Of a DNA stretch of 64,000 nucleotides, positions 29,643 through 39,533 are shown piece by piece. The stretch spans positions 74,132 to 138,131 of the forward strand of contig CAZQLH010000001.1 of assembly GCA_964594155.1 (NCBI GenBank), given 5' to 3'. A program made the translations under genes and the position numbers. The notes under the pieces were generated by a model. It was not told where the DNA came from. It did no database searches and saw only the letters and a list, made by a program, of their open reading frames with translations. How positions within the stretch are numbered: position 1 is the first letter of the stretch; each line of letters opens with the position of its first letter. The DNA is from an uncultured Candidatus Saccharibacteria bacterium (GTDB lineage Bacteria > Patescibacteriota > Minisyncoccia > Portnoybacterales > UBA2143).

Positions 29643-30596
29643 CTAAAAAAACAAAACTTCTGTTAAAACAAAAACAAAATAAATCAATAAAAGAAAAATC
29701 GCTTCTTTTTTGGTAATCTTTTTATCAGTTCGCAGAAAGATCAAGAAAAATACTGCTGAAACAATTAAGAAAAATCGCCCGATAGCAAAAGGCGAAAAAC
29801 TGCTAATTCTAATCGGACAAATTAAAGCCACAATTCCTAAAACCAAAGTAGCTGGGATAATAACTGAACCCATTAAATTGCCAACCACCATCCAATCATT
29901 CTCTTTTTTAGCCGCCTGAATACTGAAAAATATCTCTGGCATAGCATTGCCTAAACCAATAATTAAAATTCCAATTAAAGCAACGGGTAAATTCAGAGAT
30001 GCTGAAAAAAAAGTAGCTGATCTGACAATTCCCTCAGCTGACAAGAAAAGCAAAATTATTACTCCAAGAAGAATGCCTAAATTGCTAAAAATATCCTTAA
30101 ATCTCATTGGCTTTTTTATATGATCATATATCTTGCTAAATCTTTCTTTTTTGCTAAAAAGCCAAGTAATGTAAATAATAAAAGCAATAATTAAAATCAG
30201 GCCGTCTGCCCGGGAAATCACCTTGTCAAATATTAAAAGCAAGGGCAAAATGGCAATAATTAGAGTAAAAATAGCGCTTCCTTGAACAACCCGGCTATGC
30301 AAGCTTAATTCTTTCCTTGAAATTAAAACTGCCAAAGCCACAGCTAAAGTCAAATCAATAATATTTCCGCCAACAATTTCACCAAAAGAAAGCTGGGGAA
30401 TTTTATGCAAAGCAGAACTTATCCCTACAGAAAGATTAGGCACAGCCCCAGCTAAAGCCATAGTAAAAAAAGCCACGACAAATTCTTTCCAGCCTAAAAA
30501 CTTAGCTATTCTGGTTAATACCACTACCAGCCATTTGCTGGAATAAGCCAAAACAATGAATGAAACTATGAAAATAAAAAAATAAAATAGAGTCAT
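29643..30596 (-). CDS. Cation:Ca2+ antiporter (CaCA/YrbG family)
   Basis: Ten TM segments in two repeats with alpha-repeat-like GAVPN and GNAMPE. Confidence 0.85.
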   Translation of the reverse strand: MTLFYFFIFIVSFIVLAYSSKWLVVVLTRIAKFLGWKEFVVAFFTMALAGAVPNLSVGISSALHKIPQLSFGEIVGGNIIDLTLAVALAVLISRKELSLHSRVVQGSAIFTLIIAILPLLLIFDKVISRADGLILIIAFIIYITWLFSKKERFSKIYDHIKKPMRFKDIFSNLGILLGVIILLFLSAEGIVRSATFFSASLNLPVALIGILIIGLGNAMPEIFFSIQAAKKENDWMVVGNLMGSVIIPATLVLGIVALICPIRISSFSPFAIGRFFLIVSAVFFLIFLRTDKKITKKEAIFLLLIYFVFVLTEVLFF

Positions 30597-30600
30597 CTGA

Positions 30601-33204
30601 TTAAAGCTTCTTTTTTATAAACGCCCATTTAGTCACTTCAATTAAAAAGATATTTAATAATCCTAATCCTAAAATTAAACTCCAATCAAAAAGATTAAGA
30701 GATGTTGTTTTAAGAAGTGTCTGCAAAAACGGAATATAAAGAGCTGACAACAACATTAAAATTCCAAATAACCAAGCTAAAAGTAAAAACTTATTAGACC
30801 AAAGATCAATCTCCCATAGATTGCGCCGCAAGCTTTTACAGGAAAAAATATAGAAAAGCGAATCAATAGTCAGTCCGGCAAAAATAACTGATCTAATATG
30901 CCCAATCTCATAATTAGAATAATTTAAAAGATAAAAGAAAAGCCCTAATAAGAGAAAATCAGTAATTAGTCCAATTATCAGAATAAGGACCTTCATTTCT
31001 TTATTTAAAAGAAAAAGTCCGAAATCATCAGGGCTTCGCTCCATAATGTCTTTTTCTTTTTCTTCAAAAGCCAAACTAATTCCCAAAGGCCCGTCTTCTA
31101 TTAAATTAACCCATAGAATTTGACCAGCTAAAATTGGCAAAGGCCAACCAAAGAATAAGCTGACACCAACCAAAACAATCTCAGTAAAACTATCTGAAAG
31201 CAAATAAGTAATAATTTTTCTGATATTATCAACAATCACCCGCCCTTCTTCAACTGCTGATTCAATAATACTAAAATTATCAGTTAAAAGAACTAAATCA
31301 GAAACTTCTTTAGCCACATCAATTCCAGACCCTAAAGCTATGCCAATGTCAGCTTTTTTTAAAGCTGGCGCGTCATTAATTCCATCGCCAGTCATAGCCA
31401 CAACTTCTCCTTGTTTTTGCCAGGCCTGAACAATTCTTAATTTTTGGCTTGGCTCAACTCTGGCGTAAACCTGAATATGTTTTAATCTTTTTTCAAATTC
31501 TTTATCGCTTAATTTATCTATATCTTTACCCTCGCAAATATTTTCTTTTTTAGTTTTAAATCCTAATTTCTCAGCTACTGCTATTGCAGTTAATTTATGA
31601 TCGCCAGTAACAATAATTGGCCTCATGCCTGCTTTTCGGCAAATATCCATTACCTCTTTTGTTCCTTTTCTAATTGGATCATGCAGGGCAAAAAAACCAA
31701 CTGAAACCATTTCTTTTATTTCCTCTTCTTGATCTTTATTTATCTTCTCATCTTTAGTTTCTCGATAAGCCGCTGCAATAACCCGGAAACCTTCGCGAGT
31801 CAGTTTTTCATATCTTTCTTTTAATCTTTTGAAATCAGATAAAAGCAGCTTTTTTTTCTTTCCATTAATGTCAATATAGGAAGACATTGATAAGATTTTT
31901 TCCGGAGAACCAACTGTATATAAAATATTACTGTATGAATTAAGCTTATGCAAACTAGCTGCGTATTTGTAATTTGAATCAAAAAGAAACCTATCAATCA
32001 ATGGCTGTTTTTTTTCAAGCTCTTTTTTTGAAAAACCTGCTTGAATACCAGCCAAAAACAATGCTCGTTCAGTTGGTCTGCCCCTGATAATCCATCTTTC
32101 AGTCGGCTCTTCAATATTTTCAATAAAGGACTCGTTGCAAAGCATAGCAATTTTTAAAGCTAAAGCGCGTGACTGAGAAAAGATCTTAGCTACTTCCATC
32201 TTAGCTTCGGTTAAAGTACCGGTTTTGTCAGTAAGAATTATTGAAGTGCTGCCCAGTGTCTCAGCTGAAGCTAATTTGCGAACCAATCCTTTTTTCTTTA
32301 AAATCTTTTGCATTCCTAAAGCTAAAATAACTGTCATAGCTACTGGCAGTCCTTCAGGAATAGCTGCTACAATAATAGCAATAGAAGTAGTAAATATTTC
32401 AATAAATTTCCCTCCAGTGACCATTCCTTCAATAAAAATAATTGAAGAAATAATTACAATAATTATCCCAACAACCTTGCTAAAACGGAACAGCTTCTTT
32501 TGATAAGGAGTTTTTTCTTCTTTTGTTTCTTTTATAATTCTTGCTATTTTCCCAATCTCTGTTTTTAATCCAGTAGCCACAACCATTGCTTTGCCCCAAC
32601 CGCTTTCAATAATTGTTCCCATATAGGCCATATTGTCTCTGTCAGCCAAAGAAATTCCTTTTGATAAAACATCTGTGTTTTTTTCAGCAGCTAACCATTC
32701 GCCAGTCAAGGCTGATTCATTGATTTTTAAATTATGATTATCAATTATTCGAACATCAGCTGGAACCTTATTGCCAGCCCTTAAAAAAACAACATCTCCA
32801 GGAACAAGATATTTCTGAAAAACCTCTCTTTCTTGGCCATTGCGAAAAACAATTGCTTTTAACTGAAGGATTTTTTTAAGATTGCCTAATGCTTGGCTGG
32901 CTTTATTTTCCTGTAAATAACCTATCCAGGTATTTAGAATAACTGCTCCAAAAATAATAATGCTGTCAGTATATTCTTTCAAAGCCAAAGCAGTAATTCC
33001 CGCAATGAGCAGAATATAAACTAAAGGACTCATTATCTGTCCTAAAAGTAATTTTAATCTATGAAATGATTTTTCTTCAGGAAGATTATTTAATCCATAT
33101 TTACCCAATCTTTTCTTAGCTTCTGTCTCGTTTATTCCTCTTGCCCCTGATTTCAATTCCTGAAAAACTTTTTTAATTGAAAAACTATGCCATGCTTTTT
33201 GCAT
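30601..33204 (-). CDS. P-type cation-transporting ATPase (type IIA, Ca2+-like)
   Basis: IPEGLP, DKTGTLT, TGD, GDGINDAPAL and LWVNL motifs. Confidence 0.95.
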   Translation of the reverse strand: MQKAWHSFSIKKVFQELKSGARGINETEAKKRLGKYGLNNLPEEKSFHRLKLLLGQIMSPLVYILLIAGITALALKEYTDSIIIFGAVILNTWIGYLQENKASQALGNLKKILQLKAIVFRNGQEREVFQKYLVPGDVVFLRAGNKVPADVRIIDNHNLKINESALTGEWLAAEKNTDVLSKGISLADRDNMAYMGTIIESGWGKAMVVATGLKTEIGKIARIIKETKEEKTPYQKKLFRFSKVVGIIIVIISSIIFIEGMVTGGKFIEIFTTSIAIIVAAIPEGLPVAMTVILALGMQKILKKKGLVRKLASAETLGSTSIILTDKTGTLTEAKMEVAKIFSQSRALALKIAMLCNESFIENIEEPTERWIIRGRPTERALFLAGIQAGFSKKELEKKQPLIDRFLFDSNYKYAASLHKLNSYSNILYTVGSPEKILSMSSYIDINGKKKKLLLSDFKRLKERYEKLTREGFRVIAAAYRETKDEKINKDQEEEIKEMVSVGFFALHDPIRKGTKEVMDICRKAGMRPIIVTGDHKLTAIAVAEKLGFKTKKENICEGKDIDKLSDKEFEKRLKHIQVYARVEPSQKLRIVQAWQKQGEVVAMTGDGINDAPALKKADIGIALGSGIDVAKEVSDLVLLTDNFSIIESAVEEGRVIVDNIRKIITYLLSDSFTEIVLVGVSLFFGWPLPILAGQILWVNLIEDGPLGISLAFEEKEKDIMERSPDDFGLFLLNKEMKVLILIIGLITDFLLLGLFFYLLNYSNYEIGHIRSVIFAGLTIDSLFYIFSCKSLRRNLWEIDLWSNKFLLLAWLFGILMLLSALYIPFLQTLLKTTSLNLFDWSLILGLGLLNIFLIEVTKWAFIKKKL

Positions 33205-33287
33205 ATTATTATTATACCATACTTAAATAAAAAAACTGACAAAACTCAAGTCAGTTATGCTCTTAATACAAATTTTTCATACTCTAA

Positions 33288-33545
33288 TTATTCTGTTATT
33301 TTATAAACCTCATCACCTTCTCTGGCTTGCTGATCAACTTTTAACCCGGCTGATTGTCCTTTTTTGGCTTTTTCTACATTTTCATGCTCTATTTGCAATG
33401 ACTCAATTTTTTGTTCAAAATCGCTAGTAGCTCCTTTAATATGAATCTTATCGCCTATTTTTAATTCTCCATTAGTAACCTCAACCACTGCCACGCCAAT
33501 ATTAGTGAAGTAATGAGTAACTTTGCCAACTAATTTTTCTTCCAT
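33288..33545 (-). CDS. Small beta-barrel protein (translation-factor-like / U32 C-terminal-like domain)
   Basis: VGKVTHYF..IGVAVV, LKIGDKIHIKG and SLQIEH motifs; AAGGAGGTGA SD favours ATG 33545. Confidence 0.8.
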   Translation of the reverse strand: MEEKLVGKVTHYFTNIGVAVVEVTNGELKIGDKIHIKGATSDFEQKIESLQIEHENVEKAKKGQSAGLKVDQQAREGDEVYKITE

Positions 33546-33565
33546 AACTTTCACCTCCTTTCATG

Positions 33566-33637
33566 TAGCCCCACGGGGAATCGAACCCCGGTTACCAGAC
33601 TGAGAACCTGGCGTCCTAACCACTAGACGATGGGGCC
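33566..33637 (-). tRNA. tRNA-Glu(CTC)
   Basis: GGCCCCATCGTCTAGTGGTTAGGACG, anticodon arm CCAGG-TTCTCAG-TCTGG, GGTTCGATTCC. Confidence 0.96.
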
Positions 33638-33662
33638 ATCGTCTTTAGTGTGCCATAAATAA

Positions 33663-34940
33663 TTAATTCTGTCCAACTAATAATTCATTGGCTCTTTCTG
33701 GTTCAGCCATAATTTCTTTAACAATTTTTTCCATTTTTATTGAACGCGATCCTTTTATTAAAATAATATCGCCTTTTTTAATTTCTTGCTGAAGAGGAAT
33801 ACATGCTTCACTTGATTGAGAGAATTCAAAAACCTTATCTTTGGATAATCCTTGTTTTTTAGCTTCGTCAGATATAAAGATAGATCTCTGGCCAACTGTA
33901 AAAAGCAGATCAACAACTGAAGCAACCTTTTGTCCAACTTGCCGATGCCCATTTTCTGTTTCTTCTCCTAATTCCATCATATCCCCTAAAACAGCTATTT
34001 TTCTACCCTCTTGGCCTGCGCCTGCTGCGTCTAAAATATCCAAAGCTGCTAAAACAGCCAATGGCGAAGCATTATAGCTGTCATCAATAATCCACACACC
34101 TTTAACTCCTTTAATAATATTAGTTCGCCCAGGCAAATAATAATGCTCTCTAAAAATTTCTGAAACTTCAACTAAATTAATATTAAAAAACGAACCAACG
34201 CTGGCTGCGGCTGCTATTGCGTAAACCTGTTGTTTGCCTAAGGCCTTTAATAATCTTACTGGAACAATACTTCCTTTATAATCCATTTTAAAGTTTATCC
34301 CAAAATCTCCTTTGTTAAAATCATTAATTTCCAATTCAAAGTTATCAATTCGCAAATCAGCTCCTTGGCCAAAACCATAGTTAATCTTTTTAATTTTTTC
34401 AGGCAATTCATCGCCTGCCATCCTAATAGACAAATCATCATAATTTAAAACAGCTAAACCGTCTTTGGGCAAAGATTTAACTAACAAAGCTTTTTCTTCA
34501 ACTAACCTGCCTTTTTCTGGAAAAAACTCTATATGAACTGGAAATTCGCCAATAGCTGTAAAAACGCCTACTTTAACCGGTATAAAACTTGTTAAATACT
34601 TCATATCGCCTGGCCGGTCAACTCCCATTTCTAAAACTAAAATCTTTGGGTAGTTTCTTTGCCAAATAATTGTTTTTATTGTTTTTAGAAAAATAATCAT
34701 CCAGGCAAATATTGAAGATCTTCCTGTTTCTAATCCTAAAATAGTTAAAGGCGCTCCTATCTCATTATTATAGCTCCCTATATTTCTCCTTACCTGAAAT
34801 CTTTTTTTTAAAACAAGGTAGATTGCTTCTTTGGTGCTGGTTTTGCCAACACTGCCAGTCACAGCCACAACAATTGGCTTGTAACGCCAAAGAACAATCT
34901 TGGCTAATATTTTAAGAATGTATTCTAAAATTTTTATCAT
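33663..34940 (-). CDS. murF: UDP-MurNAc-tripeptide--D-Ala-D-Ala ligase
   Basis: VTGSVGKTSTKE, NNEIG.P, LEMG, DDSYNASP, LGDM.ELG and KGSR motifs. Confidence 0.95.
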   Translation of the reverse strand: MIKILEYILKILAKIVLWRYKPIVVAVTGSVGKTSTKEAIYLVLKKRFQVRRNIGSYNNEIGAPLTILGLETGRSSIFAWMIIFLKTIKTIIWQRNYPKILVLEMGVDRPGDMKYLTSFIPVKVGVFTAIGEFPVHIEFFPEKGRLVEEKALLVKSLPKDGLAVLNYDDLSIRMAGDELPEKIKKINYGFGQGADLRIDNFELEINDFNKGDFGINFKMDYKGSIVPVRLLKALGKQQVYAIAAAASVGSFFNINLVEVSEIFREHYYLPGRTNIIKGVKGVWIIDDSYNASPLAVLAALDILDAAGAGQEGRKIAVLGDMMELGEETENGHRQVGQKVASVVDLLFTVGQRSIFISDEAKKQGLSKDKVFEFSQSSEACIPLQQEIKKGDIILIKGSRSIKMEKIVKEIMAEPERANELLVGQN

Positions 34941-34941
34941 A

Positions 34942-36666
34942 TTATTGAGGCGGTATTTCTAAATAATTAAACAGGTATTCAGCCAATCTCTTAAAAACCG
35001 GTCCAACTGAATCAGAAGCAAATCGAATCCCCTGCGGCTTGTCTATTTTGATTAAAATAATAAACTTAGGATTAAAAGCCGGGGCAAATCCAACAAAAGT
35101 ATGAATGGTTTCTTCTTCAAAATAGCCTCCTTTTTCTAAATCAGGGATTTGAGCAGTGCCGGTTTTCCCAGCTATATTATAGCCGCTTACCCGCGCTGGT
35201 CTGCCAAAACCGTTTTCTGTCACGCTAACCATCATTTTGGTCAATTCTTTAGCTGTTTTTGAAGAAATAGGCTCTCCAACAATTTCTGGCTTAGTGATTA
35301 TTTCTGTTCCATCTGAATAAACTATTTTCTTAACTAAGAAAGGACGCATTATTTTTCCATTATTGGCAATAGATCCAAGCGCAGTAATTAATCCTAAGGG
35401 AGTAACAGTAATCCCTTGCCCAAAAGAAATAGTTGCTAAGTTTATTTCCCGCTTGGTAAATAAATTAGAAATATCTCCGCCAACTTCGCCATTTAAATCT
35501 ATTTTGGTTGGCTTATGAAAATTAAACCTTTGAATATATTCTTTAAAAATATCTTGGCCTATTTTCTGCTGAACAAAAACTGCTCCTGTGTTTAATGACT
35601 TTTCTAAAACCTCAGTCATGGTCTGCTGGTTATAGGCCTTGCCGTCAACATTTCTAATAACGCTTCCTTTAATTCTAACCTGTCCTGTATCCTGATAAGC
35701 AGTTTGAGGAGTAACTTTACGGCTGTCTATTCCAATAGCCATGGTAATAGGCTTAAAAACCGACCCTGGCTCGTAAACTTTTTGAATTGACGGATTTAAA
35801 AAAACATTAATATTTTCCACCATATTATACTCATTTGGATCAAAGGCCGGCCAATTAGCCATAGCTAGAATAGCTCCGCTGTCTGGCTCCATAATAATAA
35901 TGCTTCCTGATTCAGCTTTTCTCTGTTCAATTGTCTGAATTAATTCTTTTTCTGCCTTAAACTGAATATTTTGATCAATAGTTAAAATCAATTTTGCGCC
36001 GTCTTTAGCTGATTCTAATCTTTGATTAAAAGAAGGAATTCCATAGCCAGTTGTGTCTTTTTCTCCTGTTAAAAAACCGATTTGTCCTTTTAATTCATCT
36101 TCATAATATCCTTCTAAGCCATACTGGCCGATTTTCTTTTCATTGGCTTCTCCTACAAAACCCATTACATGACTAGCAAGTGTATTGTTAGGATAATAGC
36201 GCCAAGTTTCTGGAGCTAATCCTAACCCTTTAAAAGATAATTCCTTAATCTGATTAGCTGTTTCTTGATCAACTTTATGCTTTAATGGCTCATAAGGATC
36301 ATCTTGCTTGTTTACTCTTTGTAAAATAAGTTCTTTGTCTAAATCAAGCAAATCAGACAACTGATTGGCTAAATCATCTTTTTCCTCTTCAATGGCTTTT
36401 TTAGGAATAAGATAGACCTGTTGAAATTCCTTGTTAACAGCTAAAGGATAATAGAATTCATCTTTATTTCTCCGGCTTACTGATAAATCTTGAAGAAATA
36501 TTTCTCCCCGTTCAGGAAAAAGCGTTTTATAAAGTTGGTGCTGGTCTTGAGCTAAAGCGCTATAATAGTCATACTGTAAAATCTGGAGAGAAAATAAGCG
36601 GGCTAAAACCCCGCCACCTACTAAAAAGACAATAATTAACAATAAATAAATGCGCCAATATCTCAT
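34942..36666 (-). CDS. ftsI: Class B penicillin-binding protein (FtsI-like)
   Basis: N-terminal TM; RGEI, RYYP, EPGSVFK, SLN and KTGT motifs; follows ftsL. Confidence 0.9.
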   Translation of the reverse strand: MRYWRIYLLLIIVFLVGGGVLARLFSLQILQYDYYSALAQDQHQLYKTLFPERGEIFLQDLSVSRRNKDEFYYPLAVNKEFQQVYLIPKKAIEEEKDDLANQLSDLLDLDKELILQRVNKQDDPYEPLKHKVDQETANQIKELSFKGLGLAPETWRYYPNNTLASHVMGFVGEANEKKIGQYGLEGYYEDELKGQIGFLTGEKDTTGYGIPSFNQRLESAKDGAKLILTIDQNIQFKAEKELIQTIEQRKAESGSIIIMEPDSGAILAMANWPAFDPNEYNMVENINVFLNPSIQKVYEPGSVFKPITMAIGIDSRKVTPQTAYQDTGQVRIKGSVIRNVDGKAYNQQTMTEVLEKSLNTGAVFVQQKIGQDIFKEYIQRFNFHKPTKIDLNGEVGGDISNLFTKREINLATISFGQGITVTPLGLITALGSIANNGKIMRPFLVKKIVYSDGTEIITKPEIVGEPISSKTAKELTKMMVSVTENGFGRPARVSGYNIAGKTGTAQIPDLEKGGYFEEETIHTFVGFAPAFNPKFIILIKIDKPQGIRFASDSVGPVFKRLAEYLFNYLEIPPQ

Positions 36667-36669
36667 AAG

Positions 36670-37005
36670 CTATTCTTTCATAGCCATTTCTCTTTCTGTT
36701 TTTAAATAAATTACCTGTCCTGATTCAATCATTCCCAATGATTTAACTATTTCTTCTAAATTAATAGGTGATTGTGATTTAGCAATTTCCATTTCCATAT
36801 TTTGATTTTCTGCTTGAAGTTTTTTAAGATGCTCTTTTTGTTGTCTAATTTCATAACTGCAGCTAACCAAACTATTGGTTTGGATTAGGTATAAGAAGCC
36901 AAAAATTAAAACAGTGGAAATAATTAAAATATTCAAAATAGCCAAGCCGCGATTACGGCTGAACCTTTGGAATTTTTTAGATTTAATGTAAGTCATATAA
37001 GTCAT
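36670..37005 (-). CDS. ftsL: FtsL-like cell division protein
   Basis: Single TM plus coiled coil, LGM motif; located between rsmH and ftsI. Confidence 0.7.
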   Translation of the reverse strand: MTYMTYIKSKKFQRFSRNRGLAILNILIISTVLIFGFLYLIQTNSLVSCSYEIRQQKEHLKKLQAENQNMEMEIAKSQSPINLEEIVKSLGMIESGQVIYLKTEREMAMKE

Positions 37006-37874
37006 AATTTTTCAACAGCTCTAAGCTTGGCGCTTCGGCTTCGAATATTTAATTGTATTTCTTCTTGATTAGCTCTAATTGGCTTCTTAAATAAAATCTT
37101 TACATATCCATCTTTACCTGATTGACGAAAAAAATGTTTAACAATCCTATCTTCTAAAGAATGAAAAGAAATCACCACTAACCTGCCATTTGTTTCTAAA
37201 ACTTCTAAAGCTTGCGGCAAGGCCTTTTCTAAATTATCCAATTCATTATTAACAGCTATTCGCAAGGCCTGAAATATTCGCGTAGCAAAATGAATCCGTC
37301 CATATCTATACCTATTAGGAATCGCTTGTTTAATAATTTCTACTAATTGATCAGTTGTTTTAATTGGCTTAATCTTTCTTTTTTGACAAATCAATTTAGC
37401 AATTGAACGAGAATATCTTTCTTCTCCGTATTCTTTAAATACTTCCATTAATTCATTTTCTGTCCATTGATTAACTATTTCTTCAGCTGTTAAATCATTT
37501 CCAGAATAATTCATTATTAATGGCTCGTTTTTTTGAAAAGAAAATCCTTTTTTGCTTTTTTCAAAATGCCAGGATGATATTCCTAAATCAAGCAAAATTC
37601 CATTAACTAAAGCAAATTCATTCTCCTTTGTTATTTCCTTTAAATCAGCAAAATTTCCATGGGTTAAAATCAATCTCTGATTAGAAGCTTTTTTCTTTAA
37701 AATTTCTAAAATCCTTTTATCAGAATCAATTCCTAAAACTTTTCCATCTGGCTTGTTTTTTTCCAAAATTGATAAAGCATGCCCTCCAAATCCAACTGTG
37801 CAATCAATAAAATTCTTATTAAAAGACGGATTAAGATATTCTAAAACCTCTTTTAAGAGTACTGGCTGGTGCAT
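37002..37874 (-). CDS. rsmH: 16S rRNA m4C1402 methyltransferase
   Basis: H.PVLL.E, DCTVGFGGH, DLGISS, FQALRI.VN and FHSLED motifs; start placed at ATG 37874. Confidence 0.97.
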   Translation of the reverse strand: MHQPVLLKEVLEYLNPSFNKNFIDCTVGFGGHALSILEKNKPDGKVLGIDSDKRILEILKKKASNQRLILTHGNFADLKEITKENEFALVNGILLDLGISSWHFEKSKKGFSFQKNEPLIMNYSGNDLTAEEIVNQWTENELMEVFKEYGEERYSRSIAKLICQKRKIKPIKTTDQLVEIIKQAIPNRYRYGRIHFATRIFQALRIAVNNELDNLEKALPQALEVLETNGRLVVISFHSLEDRIVKHFFRQSGKDGYVKILFKKPIRANQEEIQLNIRSRSAKLRAVEKL

Positions 37875-37876
37875 AA

Positions 37877-38308
37877 TCAAAACCCTAACTCTCCCAATTT
37901 AGCCGCTAAATCGCCAACTTCTTTTTCAGCTTGTTGCTTATATGACTCCCACTTATCTTCAGACCATATTTCTAAACGAGTATAAAGGCCGATAACAACA
38001 GCATTTTTTTTTAAGAAAGCATAATTCTTAAGATAGTCTGGGATAAGAATTCTGCCCAATCTGTCAAATTTAACCGACATAGCCCCTGCTAACATTACCC
38101 TGGCAAAACTTCGCGCTTCAACTTGACTTGATGGCAATTGTCCCAACTTTTTAGCTGTGTTTTCCCATTCCTTTGATGAGTAAAGAACCAAACAACTATC
38201 AATGCCGCGAGTAATAACCGCTCCCTGCTTAAAAGCGCGTCTAAACTTAGCTGGAATAGCTAATCTTTTTTTAGTATCAATTGTATGTTTGTATTCGCCA
38301 ATTAGCAT
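37877..38308 (-). CDS. mraZ: Transcriptional regulator MraZ
   Basis: MLIGEY.HTID.K.R..IP.KFR and D..GRILIP motifs. Confidence 0.97.
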   Translation of the reverse strand: MLIGEYKHTIDTKKRLAIPAKFRRAFKQGAVITRGIDSCLVLYSSKEWENTAKKLGQLPSSQVEARSFARVMLAGAMSVKFDRLGRILIPDYLKNYAFLKKNAVVIGLYTRLEIWSEDKWESYKQQAEKEVGDLAAKLGELGF

Positions 38309-38310
38309 AG

Positions 38311-38398
38311 TTTTCCACAGTTTTACCTATTTATCCCCACCTTTATCCACAATTGTTCTTTACACTCCCATTATATGTCACTTTATATCTTGTGTCAA
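38311..38398 (-). promoter_or_regulatory. mraZ promoter with GTGG repeats overlapping DnaA-box-like nonamers
   Basis: TTGACA(38398-38393)-N17-TATAAT(38375-38370); TTATCCACA 38343-38351, TTATCCCCA 38331-38339, TTTTCCACA 38311-38319. Confidence 0.8.
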
Positions 38399-38513
38399 AC
38401 ACTTCAAATTCAAGGATTTTTAAGATTGGATAAAATAAAAAATGGCTTGTTTAAGCCATACTTTTAATTCTAATCTTTTTTCTCTCCACAGATTATCCCC
38501 AATAATCAAAAAT

Positions 38514-38948
38514 TTAAAATATTATAAATAAAATAGCTATTGTAGAAACAGTTAGTATTGCTGGAATTCCTTGCGCAAAAGAAAGATGTTTCCAAAAATG
38601 AATCTTATGATGAAAATCAGATAAAAATTGTAATTGTTTAACTTTGAAATTTTTATAAATAAACTCTAAGAAATCAGGCAAAAGAGCAGAAACTACCGCA
38701 ATCGCAATAATCAGCTTATTAGGCAAATTCCAAACTAAAAAAAGAACCATAATGGTTCCAATAATAAAATCCAGAAATATTTTTAAAAAATCTTCTAATT
38801 TGTTAATTCTTATTTCTTTTAAATAATCCCAGTGAGGCAAAAAATCAATCAAGTAATGACTAAGAAGTCCAAAACAAAAAGCTGTCCAAGGATTAGACGC
38901 TTTAACGCCAATAGCTGCCCCAACTAACATATGCGGAGTAATAAACAT
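38514..38948 (-). CDS. Membrane-bound metal-dependent hydrolase-like protein
   Basis: TPH, SHYLID..PH, LPD and HH motifs within TM segments. Confidence 0.65.
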   Translation of the reverse strand: MFITPHMLVGAAIGVKASNPWTAFCFGLLSHYLIDFLPHWDYLKEIRINKLEDFLKIFLDFIIGTIMVLFLVWNLPNKLIIAIAVVSALLPDFLEFIYKNFKVKQLQFLSDFHHKIHFWKHLSFAQGIPAILTVSTIAILFIIF

Positions 38949-38949
38949 T

Positions 38950-39525
38950 CTAAAGTCTTAATTTGTTAATTAACTTCTCATGTGGTTTTTCCAAAACATC
39001 TCGGATAAACCTATCAAACATATCATAGCGATATTTGAAATCATTAGTAGATAAAACAACATAATCAATCTCCTTGCCTGTTTCTGCTTCTAAATCTTTA
39101 AAAAAAGAAGAGGTCTTGTTTTTCTTAATGCCATCGCCAACTATTAAAAGATCTACTCTGGCATTATCAGTGTTCATAAAAATACCAGAAAGAATAGCTA
39201 AATTAACTCTGCCCAGTCCCCTTATCCGTTTTACTATTTTCTTTTTTGAAGCAGGACTGGATTTTAAAACTAAAGTTCTTAATTCTTTGTAAAAATCAAA
39301 TTTAGGATCTACAGCATAACCCTTTTTTCCGGACTTTACCCTGGTTTTAAGAAACTTAATGCTTTCCAGTCTATTTATTTGACTGCGACAAGAAGATGAA
39401 TCGCTTTTAGTTTTTTTAGTTATTTCTGATAAAGTAAAAAACTGATCTGGATTTCTTAAAAACATCTTAAGCAATTTTACTTTGACTGGTGAATCAAAAA
39501 GTTTTTCTAAAATTTCTTTAGACAT
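38950..39525 (-). CDS. Winged-HTH plus nucleotidyltransferase-like domain protein
   Basis: LEKLF.S...VKLLK.F helix-turn-helix region; G.F....VDLLIVGD motif. Confidence 0.7.
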   Translation of the reverse strand: MSKEILEKLFDSPVKVKLLKMFLRNPDQFFTLSEITKKTKSDSSSCRSQINRLESIKFLKTRVKSGKKGYAVDPKFDFYKELRTLVLKSSPASKKKIVKRIRGLGRVNLAILSGIFMNTDNARVDLLIVGDGIKKNKTSSFFKDLEAETGKEIDYVVLSTNDFKYRYDMFDRFIRDVLEKPHEKLINKLRL

Positions 39526-39533
39526 TGTTTTTA

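Noticed and set aside
34011-34030. GC-rich DAAGAGQ segment in murF as another in-frame repeat
   Set aside because: No clear dyad and no second copy in the window.
38311-38510. Replication origin at the DnaA-box cluster
   Set aside because: Few boxes, no dnaA or dnaN nearby and no switch in gene orientation; better explained as the mraZ control region.
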